Part shown: piece by piece, positions 9,398-18,747 of the stretch | How positions within the stretch are numbered: position 1 is the first letter of the stretch | How the letters are laid out: each line of letters starts with the position of its first letter | IMG/VR virus record: IMGVR_UViG_3300028833_000055 | Coordinates: 110,446-174,445 of that record | DNA: 64,000 nucleotides | Source of the DNA: a virus | Taxonomy: Duplodnaviria > Heunggongvirae > Uroviricota > Caudoviricetes | Reading direction: 5' to 3' (one strand) | Made by a program: the position numbers and the translations under genes | Notes under the pieces: model-generated | Told to the model about the DNA's origin: nothing | Databases searched by the model: none | Seen by the model: only the letters and a program-made list of their open reading frames with translations

Positions 9398-10738
9398 TTA
9401 AGATAAATGGTCTTTTGAATTTATAACTTCACTCTTTTCAATAAGTTTCATCTTTTTATAGATTGCATCTATCCTGAATTTGCTGTCTCTTCCCTCACCA
9501 TCACGAATTTTAAGAATTTTCAGATAGTAATACGGTATAAATTCTCCTTCCTCGTTCTGTTCACCCATCCTCATCGTATCGGTCTGGATGATACCGAAGC
9601 AAGTATCTACCGTGTGAAGAAGACCCATAGACTCGGCGACATCCTCCATATTGATATCAGATTTGTCAAGTCCCGAACGTCCACACTGTGTCGCTGTTAT
9701 CATGGCGAGGTTATACTTGACGGCTATACCTCTCAGGTCTTCCGCTATCTGTTTTATTTTCAAGTAAGTGCTTTCGCTGTTCGGAAGACGGTAGTTGCAC
9801 ATAATGTTTATATAGTCTATGATAACCACATCCACCTTGAACTTACGTGCATCCTCTATCTCCTTTATGTACCTCTCGACATCAAGTGCTGTACCTTGCC
9901 CCGTTGGAAACTCCTTGACGAAAAGTTTTCCCAAAGGCATAATGTCTTTCGTTGCCAGATAGTTAAGTTGCTTTCTCACCTTGTTCGAGTCCACAACTAG
10001 TCTATCGTATTCTTCCAAAGTTATGTCAAACAAATTGGCAGCTATTCTTCGGTTCACTTTCGCCTGTGACATCTCGCAAGTTATATATAACACATTCTTA
10101 CCCTTACGGACAAACTCCGCTGCATCGTTACACAGATAAACGGACTTACCCGCATTTGTTGAACCTATGTAACAAGTGAGTGACTTCAAGTCAAGACCAC
10201 CGCCCGAGATTCTGTTGAAATAATCCCAAGTGTACGGTATCTTATATTCTTTGGATGGTCTGTGTGAATCGACATCAAAAAAGTCGCTACCCAAATCATT
10301 ATCAAAGGAAATCAATGATGTATCGGACACCATTTCGGTTGCCCTATGAACCACATCGACAACATTGTCAAGAGATATTTCCGAAGTCTTTATATATGAA
10401 ACCGCCTTGACTATGTTGACATTCAGTGCCCTCCATTGTATCCATCCTTCGGTTGTATTTTTCAACCACTCCACATCCAACGAATTTATCTCCACATCAT
10501 ATATTGAACGGATTATATCGGCGGAAGGGGCGTTTTCATTCCCCTTCAACAAGGAAATCATCTGTTCACAAGAAGGTGATTCCTTGTAGTCCTTGAAGAA
10601 AAGCTTGGCGGTTAAAGCAACCGACTGAAGGTCTTCGTTTGTAAAAAAATCCTTACCGATTTGTAGAAGATAGTTTGGATGTTTGAGCATATACGCAAAG
10701 ATGATTTTCTCTTGTTGTATGCTTGTCTTTAATCCCAT
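9398..10738 (-). CDS. gp41: replicative DNA helicase (T4 gp41/DnaB-like)
   Basis: GSTNAGKS, YITCEM, VIIDYINIM, IAEDLRGIAVKYN, TATQCGRSG, ESMGL. Confidence 0.9.
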   Translation of the reverse strand: MGLKTSIQQEKIIFAYMLKHPNYLLQIGKDFFTNEDLQSVALTAKLFFKDYKESPSCEQMISLLKGNENAPSADIIRSIYDVEINSLDVEWLKNTTEGWIQWRALNVNIVKAVSYIKTSEISLDNVVDVVHRATEMVSDTSLISFDNDLGSDFFDVDSHRPSKEYKIPYTWDYFNRISGGGLDLKSLTCYIGSTNAGKSVYLCNDAAEFVRKGKNVLYITCEMSQAKVNRRIAANLFDITLEEYDRLVVDSNKVRKQLNYLATKDIMPLGKLFVKEFPTGQGTALDVERYIKEIEDARKFKVDVVIIDYINIMCNYRLPNSESTYLKIKQIAEDLRGIAVKYNLAMITATQCGRSGLDKSDINMEDVAESMGLLHTVDTCFGIIQTDTMRMGEQNEEGEFIPYYYLKILKIRDGEGRDSKFRIDAIYKKMKLIEKSEVINSKDHLS

Positions 10739-11019
10739 ATCGTCTTTACTATTTTATAAGAGTCCTTACCTATTTTTTCTATATATCCCTCGTTTAACAG
10801 AGTGTCTATTATCCTTTCAACCTTCTTGTCTATGAGTTCCACATTTGTTTCGTTTGCAAAATATGTATTTTCAATTTTCGCTCTGGAAAAAAGTCTGTCG
10901 TCAACGGAGTTGACACAAGAATCATACAGCACGTCAAGAGGTGTAGGATAATTGAACAGTGTCTTGTTGATACCCGTTATGTATCTTATCTGTATCTTAT
11001 TCTTATCAAGTTGTCTCAT
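10729..11019 (-). CDS. hypothetical protein
   Basis: 96 aa ORF with its own promoter motif 6 nt before the ATG, coupled to the helicase. Confidence 0.65.
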   Translation of the reverse strand: MRQLDKNKIQIRYITGINKTLFNYPTPLDVLYDSCVNSVDDRLFSRAKIENTYFANETNVELIDKKVERIIDTLLNEGYIEKIGKDSYKIVKTIWD

Positions 11020-11070
11020 AAATCAAATATAACAAAAAAGATTGTGAATTTCACAATCTTTTTATATTTT

Positions 11071-12291
11071 TTATTCCTCGATGAGCTGGGTTTTGATTTG
11101 CTCTTCAACATCATTCTCCGTTTCATCTTCCTCGAACAAGTCGTCAACCCTCACTCCTTCTGCATACTTGAACTCCTTTTTTATATACTCGTCGAGTCTT
11201 TCGAGTCTTTCCTTGGTGAACGCCTTTGATGTGAAGAGTTCCTTCGGAGTAATCGTCTCACCATTATCAAGACAGAAGTTTCTCGAAGTCTCACTCGGTA
11301 CGAAATACACAACTTCACCATCTTTCTTCTCCACCCTTACATATTCTTCATTCGGTGACTTGGTGTATTCCTTTTCTGTTATGAACTTTCCTTTCTGGAT
11401 ACCACAACGCTCAAACGAAATATACTCTTCCAGTCCGACATATGGGTTCATACCGTTTACATAACTTATATAGAACTTGACTTTCACCGGTTTGCAGAAA
11501 CGGTTCTTGTCGGGTTCTGCCGTAACGATGATACCAGTCTGTAGATTATCCGAACCCTCTTTCAATTTCGCCTTTGAAAGATTAAGGATGATACTTGCAC
11601 CGTATACGAGACCCTTTCCACCAGATTGAACCCTTTGTGCAAACAAGTCCGTAGTCATATAGATGTGGTTCGAGAAAGCGAAAGTAGCACCTATCACACC
11701 CATCTTATGTGCAATAATCCTGAAAATGGCACGAATCTGCTTTGCCCTTGTCATATCCGCCTTGTCGGAAGCTGTCTTTGCATCGTCTATTTCTTTCTGT
11801 GTCGCCAAGTTACCGACAGAATCGAGAACGAAAAATACACTCGGAATCTGGTTTCCAGCTTCTTTCTGTTCAATAAGAATATCAAGAGTCTGTGTAATTG
11901 AAGTCTTGAAATCCTGTACCGTACCGACCGGTTCATAACGGAATTTCTCCGGGTCTACACCGAACTGCACAAGCTGTGAGCGTTCAATGGCGTTTTCACT
12001 GTCATACCATATAACGAAATGTCCTTTCTTCTGTGCCTCACGAGCCATATTCATAAGAAGATATGTCTTGCCTGTACCGCTTTCCCCCGAAAGACAGAGG
12101 ATTCTGTTATTAGGAGCTCCTCCGAAAACACTTCCCGTCAAGCATGCATTACAAATGTAATTACCGGTAGAAATATAATCTGTAATTTCCGATACACCGG
12201 CACCGTCCGACATCAGACCACCCCATTTGGAGTTTTTCGACATCTCTTTGTTCAAATCATTAAAACTAAATACTCCACTCTGCTTAGCCAT
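11071..12291 (-). CDS. uvsX: UvsX/RecA-like recombinase
   Basis: GESGTGKT, WYDSENA, VLDSVGNL, ADMTRAKQ, SGGKGLVYGAS, KNRF. Confidence 0.9.
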   Translation of the reverse strand: MAKQSGVFSFNDLNKEMSKNSKWGGLMSDGAGVSEITDYISTGNYICNACLTGSVFGGAPNNRILCLSGESGTGKTYLLMNMAREAQKKGHFVIWYDSENAIERSQLVQFGVDPEKFRYEPVGTVQDFKTSITQTLDILIEQKEAGNQIPSVFFVLDSVGNLATQKEIDDAKTASDKADMTRAKQIRAIFRIIAHKMGVIGATFAFSNHIYMTTDLFAQRVQSGGKGLVYGASIILNLSKAKLKEGSDNLQTGIIVTAEPDKNRFCKPVKVKFYISYVNGMNPYVGLEEYISFERCGIQKGKFITEKEYTKSPNEEYVRVEKKDGEVVYFVPSETSRNFCLDNGETITPKELFTSKAFTKERLERLDEYIKKEFKYAEGVRVDDLFEEDETENDVEEQIKTQLIEE

Positions 12292-12369
12292 ATACTAAAA
12301 AATTATTTTATTATACTCTAAATATAACAAAAATTCATAAATAAAATATAATAAAGATATTCAAACTCT

Positions 12370-12684
12370 ATGGAAGATATAGAAAAAAATATCAACGAAT
12401 GTGACGGAGTACCTGGTGGTGCAACACCAATGAATGTAGGTGGAATGGGTGACATAATGTTACCGGGTTCCGGTTCACCGGGTTCCGGTGATATTCCATT
12501 ACCTGGTCCGACGGGAGGAGTTTATCTACAAGTACAACCCTTCGACCAGTTCATCAAGAAATCAAAATGGAAGAAAAGGAAGAAAAGATTCAAGGGAAAA
12601 ACCACACCAAACTCTGACATATATTCCTATGTGGATGATTTCAAGACTTATGCAAAAAGAACAGAAAAAAATCTAAATACTTGA
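12370..12684 (+). CDS. Gly/Pro-rich late protein
   Basis: 104 aa beginning MEDIEKNINEC; late promoter at 12335-12343. Confidence 0.6.
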   Translation: MEDIEKNINECDGVPGGATPMNVGGMGDIMLPGSGSPGSGDIPLPGPTGGVYLQVQPFDQFIKKSKWKKRKKRFKGKTTPNSDIYSYVDDFKTYAKRTEKNLNT

Positions 12685-12686
12685 TT

Positions 12687-13982
12687 ATGGGAGTATTACT
12701 TAATTTGACACAAGAGTATTTCGGAAAGAAACCTAGAACGGAAGATATGGTTATACATATGGATGGTGTTGAAACCATTGAACATGATTTTATAGACAAG
12801 CGTGGAAGACAACAATATGCTTCATACCGTATCAAGGACACACATACATATTCCGACTATTTTGTACCGGAACCATTGGTGAAACTGGTAAAGATTATTA
12901 TACAAAGGGACGGAAACAAATGTGACCTGAATTTTATTGATGTGTCCAATGTAAAATCCTTCAAGGGGTTGTTCAAGAACTCTGATTTCGACGGGGACAT
13001 TTCGGATTGGGATGTGAGAGAAGCGGTAAGTATGGAGGAAATGTTTATGGGTTCAAAATTTAACGGAGATATTTCCAGATGGAAAACACCTAAATTGAAT
13101 AATATGTACCATATGTTTAAAGAATCCCAATTCAACGGAGATATAAGTGAATGGGATGTCTCCAGTGTATATAGTATGATAGGTTTGTTTGATGGTTCCC
13201 AATTTAACCAGGATATTTCAAAATGGAAAACATCCAGTGTGAGGTTTATGGATAGTATGTTTGCAGATTGTCCGTTTAATGGAGACATAAGCGAATGGGA
13301 TGTCAGCGGGGTGACAAATATGACATTTATGTTTTATAAGAACAAGTCTTTCAACAAAGACATTTCAAAATGGAAAACCGGTAATGTAAATGATATGCAA
13401 TCTATGTTTAGTAAATCCATATTCAACGGAGACATAAGCGAATGGGATGTCAGTGAGGTGACAGATATGAATAATATGTTTTATGACTCTCTTTTCAATA
13501 AAGATATATCAAAATGGAAAACCGGTAATGTAAATGATATGAGTGGTATGTTCCATTATTCCAAATTCAACGGAGACATAAGTGAATGGGATGTCGGTAG
13601 AGTAAAGGATATGGTCAGTATGTTCTCACATTCTCAATTCAACGGAGATATAAGTGGATGGAATGTTCAAAATGTGGAAAGTATGCATTATATGTTCTCC
13701 GACTCCAATTTCAATAAAGACATATCCGGATGGAAAACCATAAAAGTAACCAAAATGACAGGTATGTTTTCTAACACTCCTTTCAATAAAGACATAAGCG
13801 GATGGAATGTGGAAAAAGTAAAGGATGTCTCCTTTATGTTTTTCCGTGCAAAGGAATTTAACAAAGACCTCTCAAGATGGGAGTTTGAAAATCTGGAAAA
13901 TGTGGATGCGGCATTTTCCCAATCACCACTTCAAGATAATCCACCCAAATGGTATTTGGATTTTTACGAAAAACAACCATAA
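12687..13982 (+). CDS. BspA/DUF285-like surface repeat protein
   Basis: About 13 tandem ~24-aa repeats of the form FN[G/K]DIS[E/K/G]W[D/K/N][V/T]xxVxxMxxMF. Confidence 0.85.
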   Translation: MGVLLNLTQEYFGKKPRTEDMVIHMDGVETIEHDFIDKRGRQQYASYRIKDTHTYSDYFVPEPLVKLVKIIIQRDGNKCDLNFIDVSNVKSFKGLFKNSDFDGDISDWDVREAVSMEEMFMGSKFNGDISRWKTPKLNNMYHMFKESQFNGDISEWDVSSVYSMIGLFDGSQFNQDISKWKTSSVRFMDSMFADCPFNGDISEWDVSGVTNMTFMFYKNKSFNKDISKWKTGNVNDMQSMFSKSIFNGDISEWDVSEVTDMNNMFYDSLFNKDISKWKTGNVNDMSGMFHYSKFNGDISEWDVGRVKDMVSMFSHSQFNGDISGWNVQNVESMHYMFSDSNFNKDISGWKTIKVTKMTGMFSNTPFNKDISGWNVEKVKDVSFMFFRAKEFNKDLSRWEFENLENVDAAFSQSPLQDNPPKWYLDFYEKQP

Positions 13983-14008
13983 ATAACTTATCAAAAATAT
14001 AATTTATT

Positions 14009-15787
14009 ATGAACTATTACAATAAAGGATATATGCCGTTGAACGAAAGCAAGAAGGCCGTTGATATACAAGTGGTTTTTCTTAGTTCAAGGGCAGAAAA
14101 GACAACAAAGAGTTCAAACTCTATGTTTTTCTTCGAGGATGCCGCAAAGAAAGCTGGTCTCAAAATGGTGACGATAGACCCGAGTTCGTCCGTGATAAAA
14201 AAGAACAGCGAGGATTCATACAGTGTAATCGAGGAGAATGGTGGAAGCAAGAAGACATATGTCTTGAAACCGTCAAATACAATAGTCGTTCCGAGAAGAA
14301 CCGTATTGAAAAACTCTGAATCGAAAGAGTTTATGCAGGACTTACAGACATTCGGTTTCTTCTGTCTGAACACACTTGATTCAATAGAGACTTGTGAAGA
14401 CAAATTCTTGACATACAAGAAACTTAAAAACTCCGGTGTTCCTACTCCGAAGACAACGGTCATCACATCTTCATCTATGAACAAGCTCGATGACAAGGTT
14501 CAGACCATCGGAGGAAAATTCCCGATAGTATGCAAGATACTGAACGGAACACAAGGCGTCGGTGTGTTTATCATCGACTCTATGATGAGTCTCCGTTCAA
14601 CACTTCAGACTATGTTCAAGATTTCACCGAAGTCCGATATTATCCTTCAAGAGAAGATTGATTCCGACTACGACCTGAGAATACACGTTATGTACAATGG
14701 CTTTGAAAGAATGACTTCCGGTCTTGATGGTTTCGAAATAATCGGATGTATGAAGAGAAACCAGCTCGCCGGTGACTTCAGAAGCAACTATTCTCTCGGT
14801 TCAACCGCCGAAAAGGGAACATTGACACCGGAACAGGAGAAAATCGCAAAGATGGCCGCAAAGGCTACGGGTTGTCGTTGGTGTGGTGTAGATTTAATTG
14901 TTTCGGGAACAACAAAGCAGCCTTATGTAATAGAGGTTAACTCATCACCGGGTACAAAAGGTATAACCACCGCCGCCGGTGACGATGTTGTCGGAACTCT
15001 GTTCAATATGTTCAAGGACTTCAAGTACACAAAATATGAATCCGAACAGATTGGAAGCTACGAGACAATCACAATAAAGGACATCACAAAGGAGAATCCG
15101 AACCTTGATGTTGCAATAAGGTTTGATTCCGACAAGATGTTCACCGAACTTGAATGTTCGTCAGTCAACGCAAAGGACGAGGATGTTTCATTTGTTTTCA
15201 ACGGAGTAACATATAACAGGGAACTTGTCGGATTGAAAAAGAACGAACCTATGGTCGAGTTGAACCTCAAATTCAACGGAACAATATACAAGAACGAACT
15301 TGTGATATTGAAACAAATCAATGACAATATCAACAAGAACCATATGGTCGGAGGTTCAAAGCTCATCAACCGTATAGCCAACAACGCCGTCATCATAGAC
15401 CAGCCGTTCTATCTGACCGACAACACAACGGGTTTTGATGTTCCAAAGAAACCGATAGACGAATCACTTCTTTTCGAAAGCAAACTGGATATGGCGTTTA
15501 AGGTCAGTAAGAACGAAGTGAATCTTATGAACCTCAAGACTATGTTAAACACATTCGTAAGCGGTACGAGAAACGAATATGTGAAGGGAAAGTTCGGAAT
15601 AGACGCAACGGATTCAAACAACTGGGAAATCAAGTATAACAACCAGCCTTTCCTTGAGTGTAAAAACACAGACATCAAGTTTATGCACAATTCGTTCCCA
15701 TATGAAATCGCTTGCAAAATCGCCGGTGTAATAGAATCCATACTTCCTACGGAAGTCGATATGTCGGTATATCCGGAAAACGAATAA
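14009..15787 (+). CDS. rimK: RimK-family ATP-grasp ligase with C-terminal degenerate protease-like domain
   Basis: CEDKFLT, PKT, KILNGTQGVGV, LQEKI..YDLRI, FRSNYSLG, GVDLI, VIEVNSSPG; late promoter at 13978-13985. Confidence 0.85.
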   Translation: MNYYNKGYMPLNESKKAVDIQVVFLSSRAEKTTKSSNSMFFFEDAAKKAGLKMVTIDPSSSVIKKNSEDSYSVIEENGGSKKTYVLKPSNTIVVPRRTVLKNSESKEFMQDLQTFGFFCLNTLDSIETCEDKFLTYKKLKNSGVPTPKTTVITSSSMNKLDDKVQTIGGKFPIVCKILNGTQGVGVFIIDSMMSLRSTLQTMFKISPKSDIILQEKIDSDYDLRIHVMYNGFERMTSGLDGFEIIGCMKRNQLAGDFRSNYSLGSTAEKGTLTPEQEKIAKMAAKATGCRWCGVDLIVSGTTKQPYVIEVNSSPGTKGITTAAGDDVVGTLFNMFKDFKYTKYESEQIGSYETITIKDITKENPNLDVAIRFDSDKMFTELECSSVNAKDEDVSFVFNGVTYNRELVGLKKNEPMVELNLKFNGTIYKNELVILKQINDNINKNHMVGGSKLINRIANNAVIIDQPFYLTDNTTGFDVPKKPIDESLLFESKLDMAFKVSKNEVNLMNLKTMLNTFVSGTRNEYVKGKFGIDATDSNNWEIKYNNQPFLECKNTDIKFMHNSFPYEIACKIAGVIESILPTEVDMSVYPENE

Positions 15788-15855
15788 CAACAATACCAAA
15801 TAGAGACTCGAACAAATGAAAATGGACCGGAGACACCGGTCCATTTTCATAAATA

Positions 15856-16031
15856 ATGATATGGGATGTAACTGTAATAAAAACGATTCAATTCCTCTTT
15901 CTGTAAAAAAGGAAAAGAGGAGAGGCCTTAAAGAGAAGATAAATGAAATAAAGAAACTCTGGAAGGAAAGTAAAACTGTTGAAACATCGGGAAGCGTCAC
16001 TGTAAACAAAGATGAACTTGGATTCAAATGA
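15856..16031 (+). CDS. small Cys-containing basic protein (start revised from 15816)
   Basis: A hairpin at 15819-15847 and a late promoter at 15847-15855 overlap the track start. The product begins (M)MGCNCNK. Confidence 0.5.
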
Positions 16032-16969
16032 AGAGAATAAAGACATATGAGGAATTTATAAACGACAATCTAACAGAATCATCAAAGAGGAACGGTAAGG
16101 AAGTTATTGGTTTCAAGGAAGTGGTGGAAATTGTCGGTATCGGAAATATGAAGGCGAAATTCGACACCGGTAATACCGCCTATTCGGCAATCATAGTGCA
16201 GGACTATTATGAAAAGGACGGCAAGGTGAAGTTTGAAATCAACAAAAAGGAATACGAATATCCCGTTGAAAAGCATGTCAGAATATGGCATCACGGAAAA
16301 TCTACGGAGAGACCTGTGATAAAGGTTGATTTGATTTTCAACGGAACGACATACAAGGATGAACTTGTTGACTTGAAAATTTCAGATTTGACCGGAACGA
16401 AAAATTACAGAAGCAGGATGCTCATTTGCAAGAAGTTTATGGAAAAGGCCAATGTTCTCATTGACCCGAGCAAGGACTTCAAGCTCACCGATGAGAAGGA
16501 TATTGACAAACCGAAAAAGAAAAAGAAGAAAATAAACGAAGGTCTTGAGGAAAACCCCGTATCTATGACCACAAAAGGTACGAGTGACGCCATAGACATA
16601 GATTTCAAGATTGGAAGCGATATAATCGGAGGAGCGATTATAACATTCCAGTATATTGACGGTATTATAGATGAATATTTGGAATCCGTAGATGATTTCG
16701 ATGAAAGCGTTTTCAGAAAATTCGATAGTAACCAGAAACTATACAACCTTGAAGACTTCTGGATAAACAAGGATTTCAGGGGAAAAGGTTATTCAAAACT
16801 CTGTCTTGAAAGAATGATGGAGAAATACGGAGACAAACAAATGGTACTCCGTGCCTTTCCGGATGGAGGGGTAGATGAAGACACCCTTGTAAGAATATAT
16901 AGTAGACACGGTTTTGTTGTGTTACAACCCACAATGAACGATGGAACCATTATGGGAAAATTATTATAA
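16028..16969 (+). CDS. RimK-associated aspartic/Zn protease-like domain fused to a GNAT acetyltransferase
   Basis: KAKFDTGN...ERPVI...MLICKKF in the N-terminal half; INKDFRGKGYS...YSRHGF (GNAT motif A) in the C-terminal half. Confidence 0.75.
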   Translation: MKRIKTYEEFINDNLTESSKRNGKEVIGFKEVVEIVGIGNMKAKFDTGNTAYSAIIVQDYYEKDGKVKFEINKKEYEYPVEKHVRIWHHGKSTERPVIKVDLIFNGTTYKDELVDLKISDLTGTKNYRSRMLICKKFMEKANVLIDPSKDFKLTDEKDIDKPKKKKKKINEGLEENPVSMTTKGTSDAIDIDFKIGSDIIGGAIITFQYIDGIIDEYLESVDDFDESVFRKFDSNQKLYNLEDFWINKDFRGKGYSKLCLERMMEKYGDKQMVLRAFPDGGVDEDTLVRIYSRHGFVVLQPTMNDGTIMGKLL

Positions 16970-16999
16970 AAAAGAGTGAGGTTTTCCTCACTCTTTTTT
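16968..16999. terminator. bidirectional intrinsic terminator
   Basis: AAAAAGAGTGAGG-tttt-CCTCACTCTTTTTT between convergent genes. Confidence 0.85.
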
Positions 17000-17393
17000 A
17001 TTCTTCCTCATCACAATCCTCTTCATCATAACAGCAATCAAGTGCTTCACTGATTAAAGAAAATTCTTCAAAACCAAGAACTCTATTTTCAGAAACAGAA
17101 GCTGGTGTGTATATGGCATGTTCCTCGATAACACCCATAAACCTTTCTTCTGCAAAACATCTGAAAGATTCCTTTTCCATATCGAAATATGTAACAAAAC
17201 CTTCTCTTGGTGGTCTCTTTGTACCCGACTTTGCGTCAACCGTACCTATGATAGCGGCGATGATTTTTGGATTTCTCGTTCCGAAAGCGATTCTTGTTGA
17301 ACCGTCCTTTTTTTCGAAAACAAACTTAACTATATCATCACGTAACATTGCTATAAAACTCGATATCGAGACCATTCTTCCCGTTTCTTCCAT
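16998..17393 (-). CDS. SH3 beta-barrel (WYL_2/DUF2693-like) protein
   Basis: IVKFVFEKKDGSTRIAFGTRN...VTYFDMEKESFRCF; late promoter at 17415-17422. Confidence 0.75.
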   Translation of the reverse strand: MEETGRMVSISSFIAMLRDDIVKFVFEKKDGSTRIAFGTRNPKIIAAIIGTVDAKSGTKRPPREGFVTYFDMEKESFRCFAEERFMGVIEEHAIYTPASVSENRVLGFEEFSLISEALDCCYDEEDCDEEE

Positions 17394-17469
17394 ACTTTAA
17401 ATTTTATTATATATTATTTATGTTAGAACAAACCTGATGGTTCAATGTTATCTGAAATTTCTATTATTC

Positions 17470-18294
17470 TTATTTTTTAAGAACATAATCCATAATCTTA
17501 TCATCAAGTTTAGGTATGTACCTCACTTCGTATGAACCATCGTCCTTCAACCAGATAAGTCTTCTGTCGATAATTTTCAGACCGACACTTTCAAACATTT
17601 TCTGGTATAAGTTGAATTGAAGTGTATAATGTGACAAAGCGGTGTCTTTAAAGTCACCCATAGGCGGTTTCATCCTGATGTCGTTCTTCACGGTATATTC
17701 CTTTTCAAGTTCCCTGTTGGTTTTCCAGTCACCTATTACAAAACCGCTGTCTTCGGGAAACATCAGGTTCTCTTCATAGAACAGAATGTCGGCCGTCCCA
17801 CAGATAGGAAGCACATCCTCCATATACTTTGTGGAAAGTTTAAACTCAGCCCCCACTACATACAGTCTCTTGCTCGGGTCGAAGTTCATCTCCGTATAGA
17901 ACTTCACAATCGCCTCCTCCTTCGGATATGTGGGGAGAAGTGTCTTGTATTCCTCAACCCACTGCTTCTTGTTCGCTTCACAAATAAGTTCCGGATGACC
18001 ACACATAACATTCGTATAACTTTCACCGAACTCGTGTGTCCTTGAACCGGAAATCGTTGACTTCAAGTTTATAAGACGCCAGTTTTTCAATACTTCGTCC
18101 TGTGTAAGACCTATCTTCTCTGCATATGCCTTCGACTTTGCATCCTCGTCAAAAGGTTGTTCATACTTCTTTATAATGTGTGACACCGGAGTGTATTCCC
18201 TTTTATCTATAAAATATTGATGACCTTCCTCAATAAAATTGATGTCACCAAACTTTTCACTCAACATCTGTCTCGTTTCTTCTACTATCTTCAT
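17470..18294 (-). CDS. PD-(D/E)XK exonuclease (Cas4-like)
   Basis: ICGTADILF, VIGDWKTN, HYTLQFNLYQ. Confidence 0.8.
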   Translation of the reverse strand: MKIVEETRQMLSEKFGDINFIEEGHQYFIDKREYTPVSHIIKKYEQPFDEDAKSKAYAEKIGLTQDEVLKNWRLINLKSTISGSRTHEFGESYTNVMCGHPELICEANKKQWVEEYKTLLPTYPKEEAIVKFYTEMNFDPSKRLYVVGAEFKLSTKYMEDVLPICGTADILFYEENLMFPEDSGFVIGDWKTNRELEKEYTVKNDIRMKPPMGDFKDTALSHYTLQFNLYQKMFESVGLKIIDRRLIWLKDDGSYEVRYIPKLDDKIMDYVLKK

Positions 18295-18468
18295 CCTATT
18301 TCAATTTTATACCAATACCTTTATCCAAAAAATCCTTTATCTCACATGCCGTCAATGACATCGGCCGATAGTCGTGGGAATAGTCGGCTCTTCTGCTTCT
18401 TTCCTCTTTAATTCCGAACACTTCACAATACTTGACCATATCCACATCTACGGCAATCTTTCTTTCAC

Positions 18469-18747
18469 TCATATCTTTCCTATTATCATTTCTTTGTTTA
18501 TAACTACATATTCAACATCATCCACCTTGATATACAAACCACCGGTATCACAGAAGGCAATCCTCTCCCCGACATTATATTCACCATCGGGAACACCTAT
18601 ACTGTCAATCACCCCCGTGTACGGTGCCGGTATCTCCATTATGTTATCCGACCTTAACGGTTCCGGTAGAATAATACCACCGGTCGATTTATACTCGCCA
18701 TGGTCTTTGATGACCATAATAACATCATTTACAGCGACAAGTCTCAT
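18469..18747 (-). CDS. groES: GroES/gp31-like co-chaperonin
   Basis: NDVIMV...KSTGGIILP...GVIDSIG...VGERI...YVVINKEMIIG. Confidence 0.8.
   Translation of the reverse strand: MRLVAVNDVIMVIKDHGEYKSTGGIILPEPLRSDNIMEIPAPYTGVIDSIGVPDGEYNVGERIAFCDTGGLYIKVDDVEYVVINKEMIIGKI

Noticed and set aside
12687-13982. Diversity-generating retroelement target/template pair
   Set aside because: There is no reverse transcriptase in the window and no non-coding template copy; I did not see differences confined to adenines.
17470-18294. Cas4 as evidence of a CRISPR-Cas locus
   Set aside because: There is no other cas gene or array; stand-alone Cas4-like exonucleases are common in phage recombination operons.
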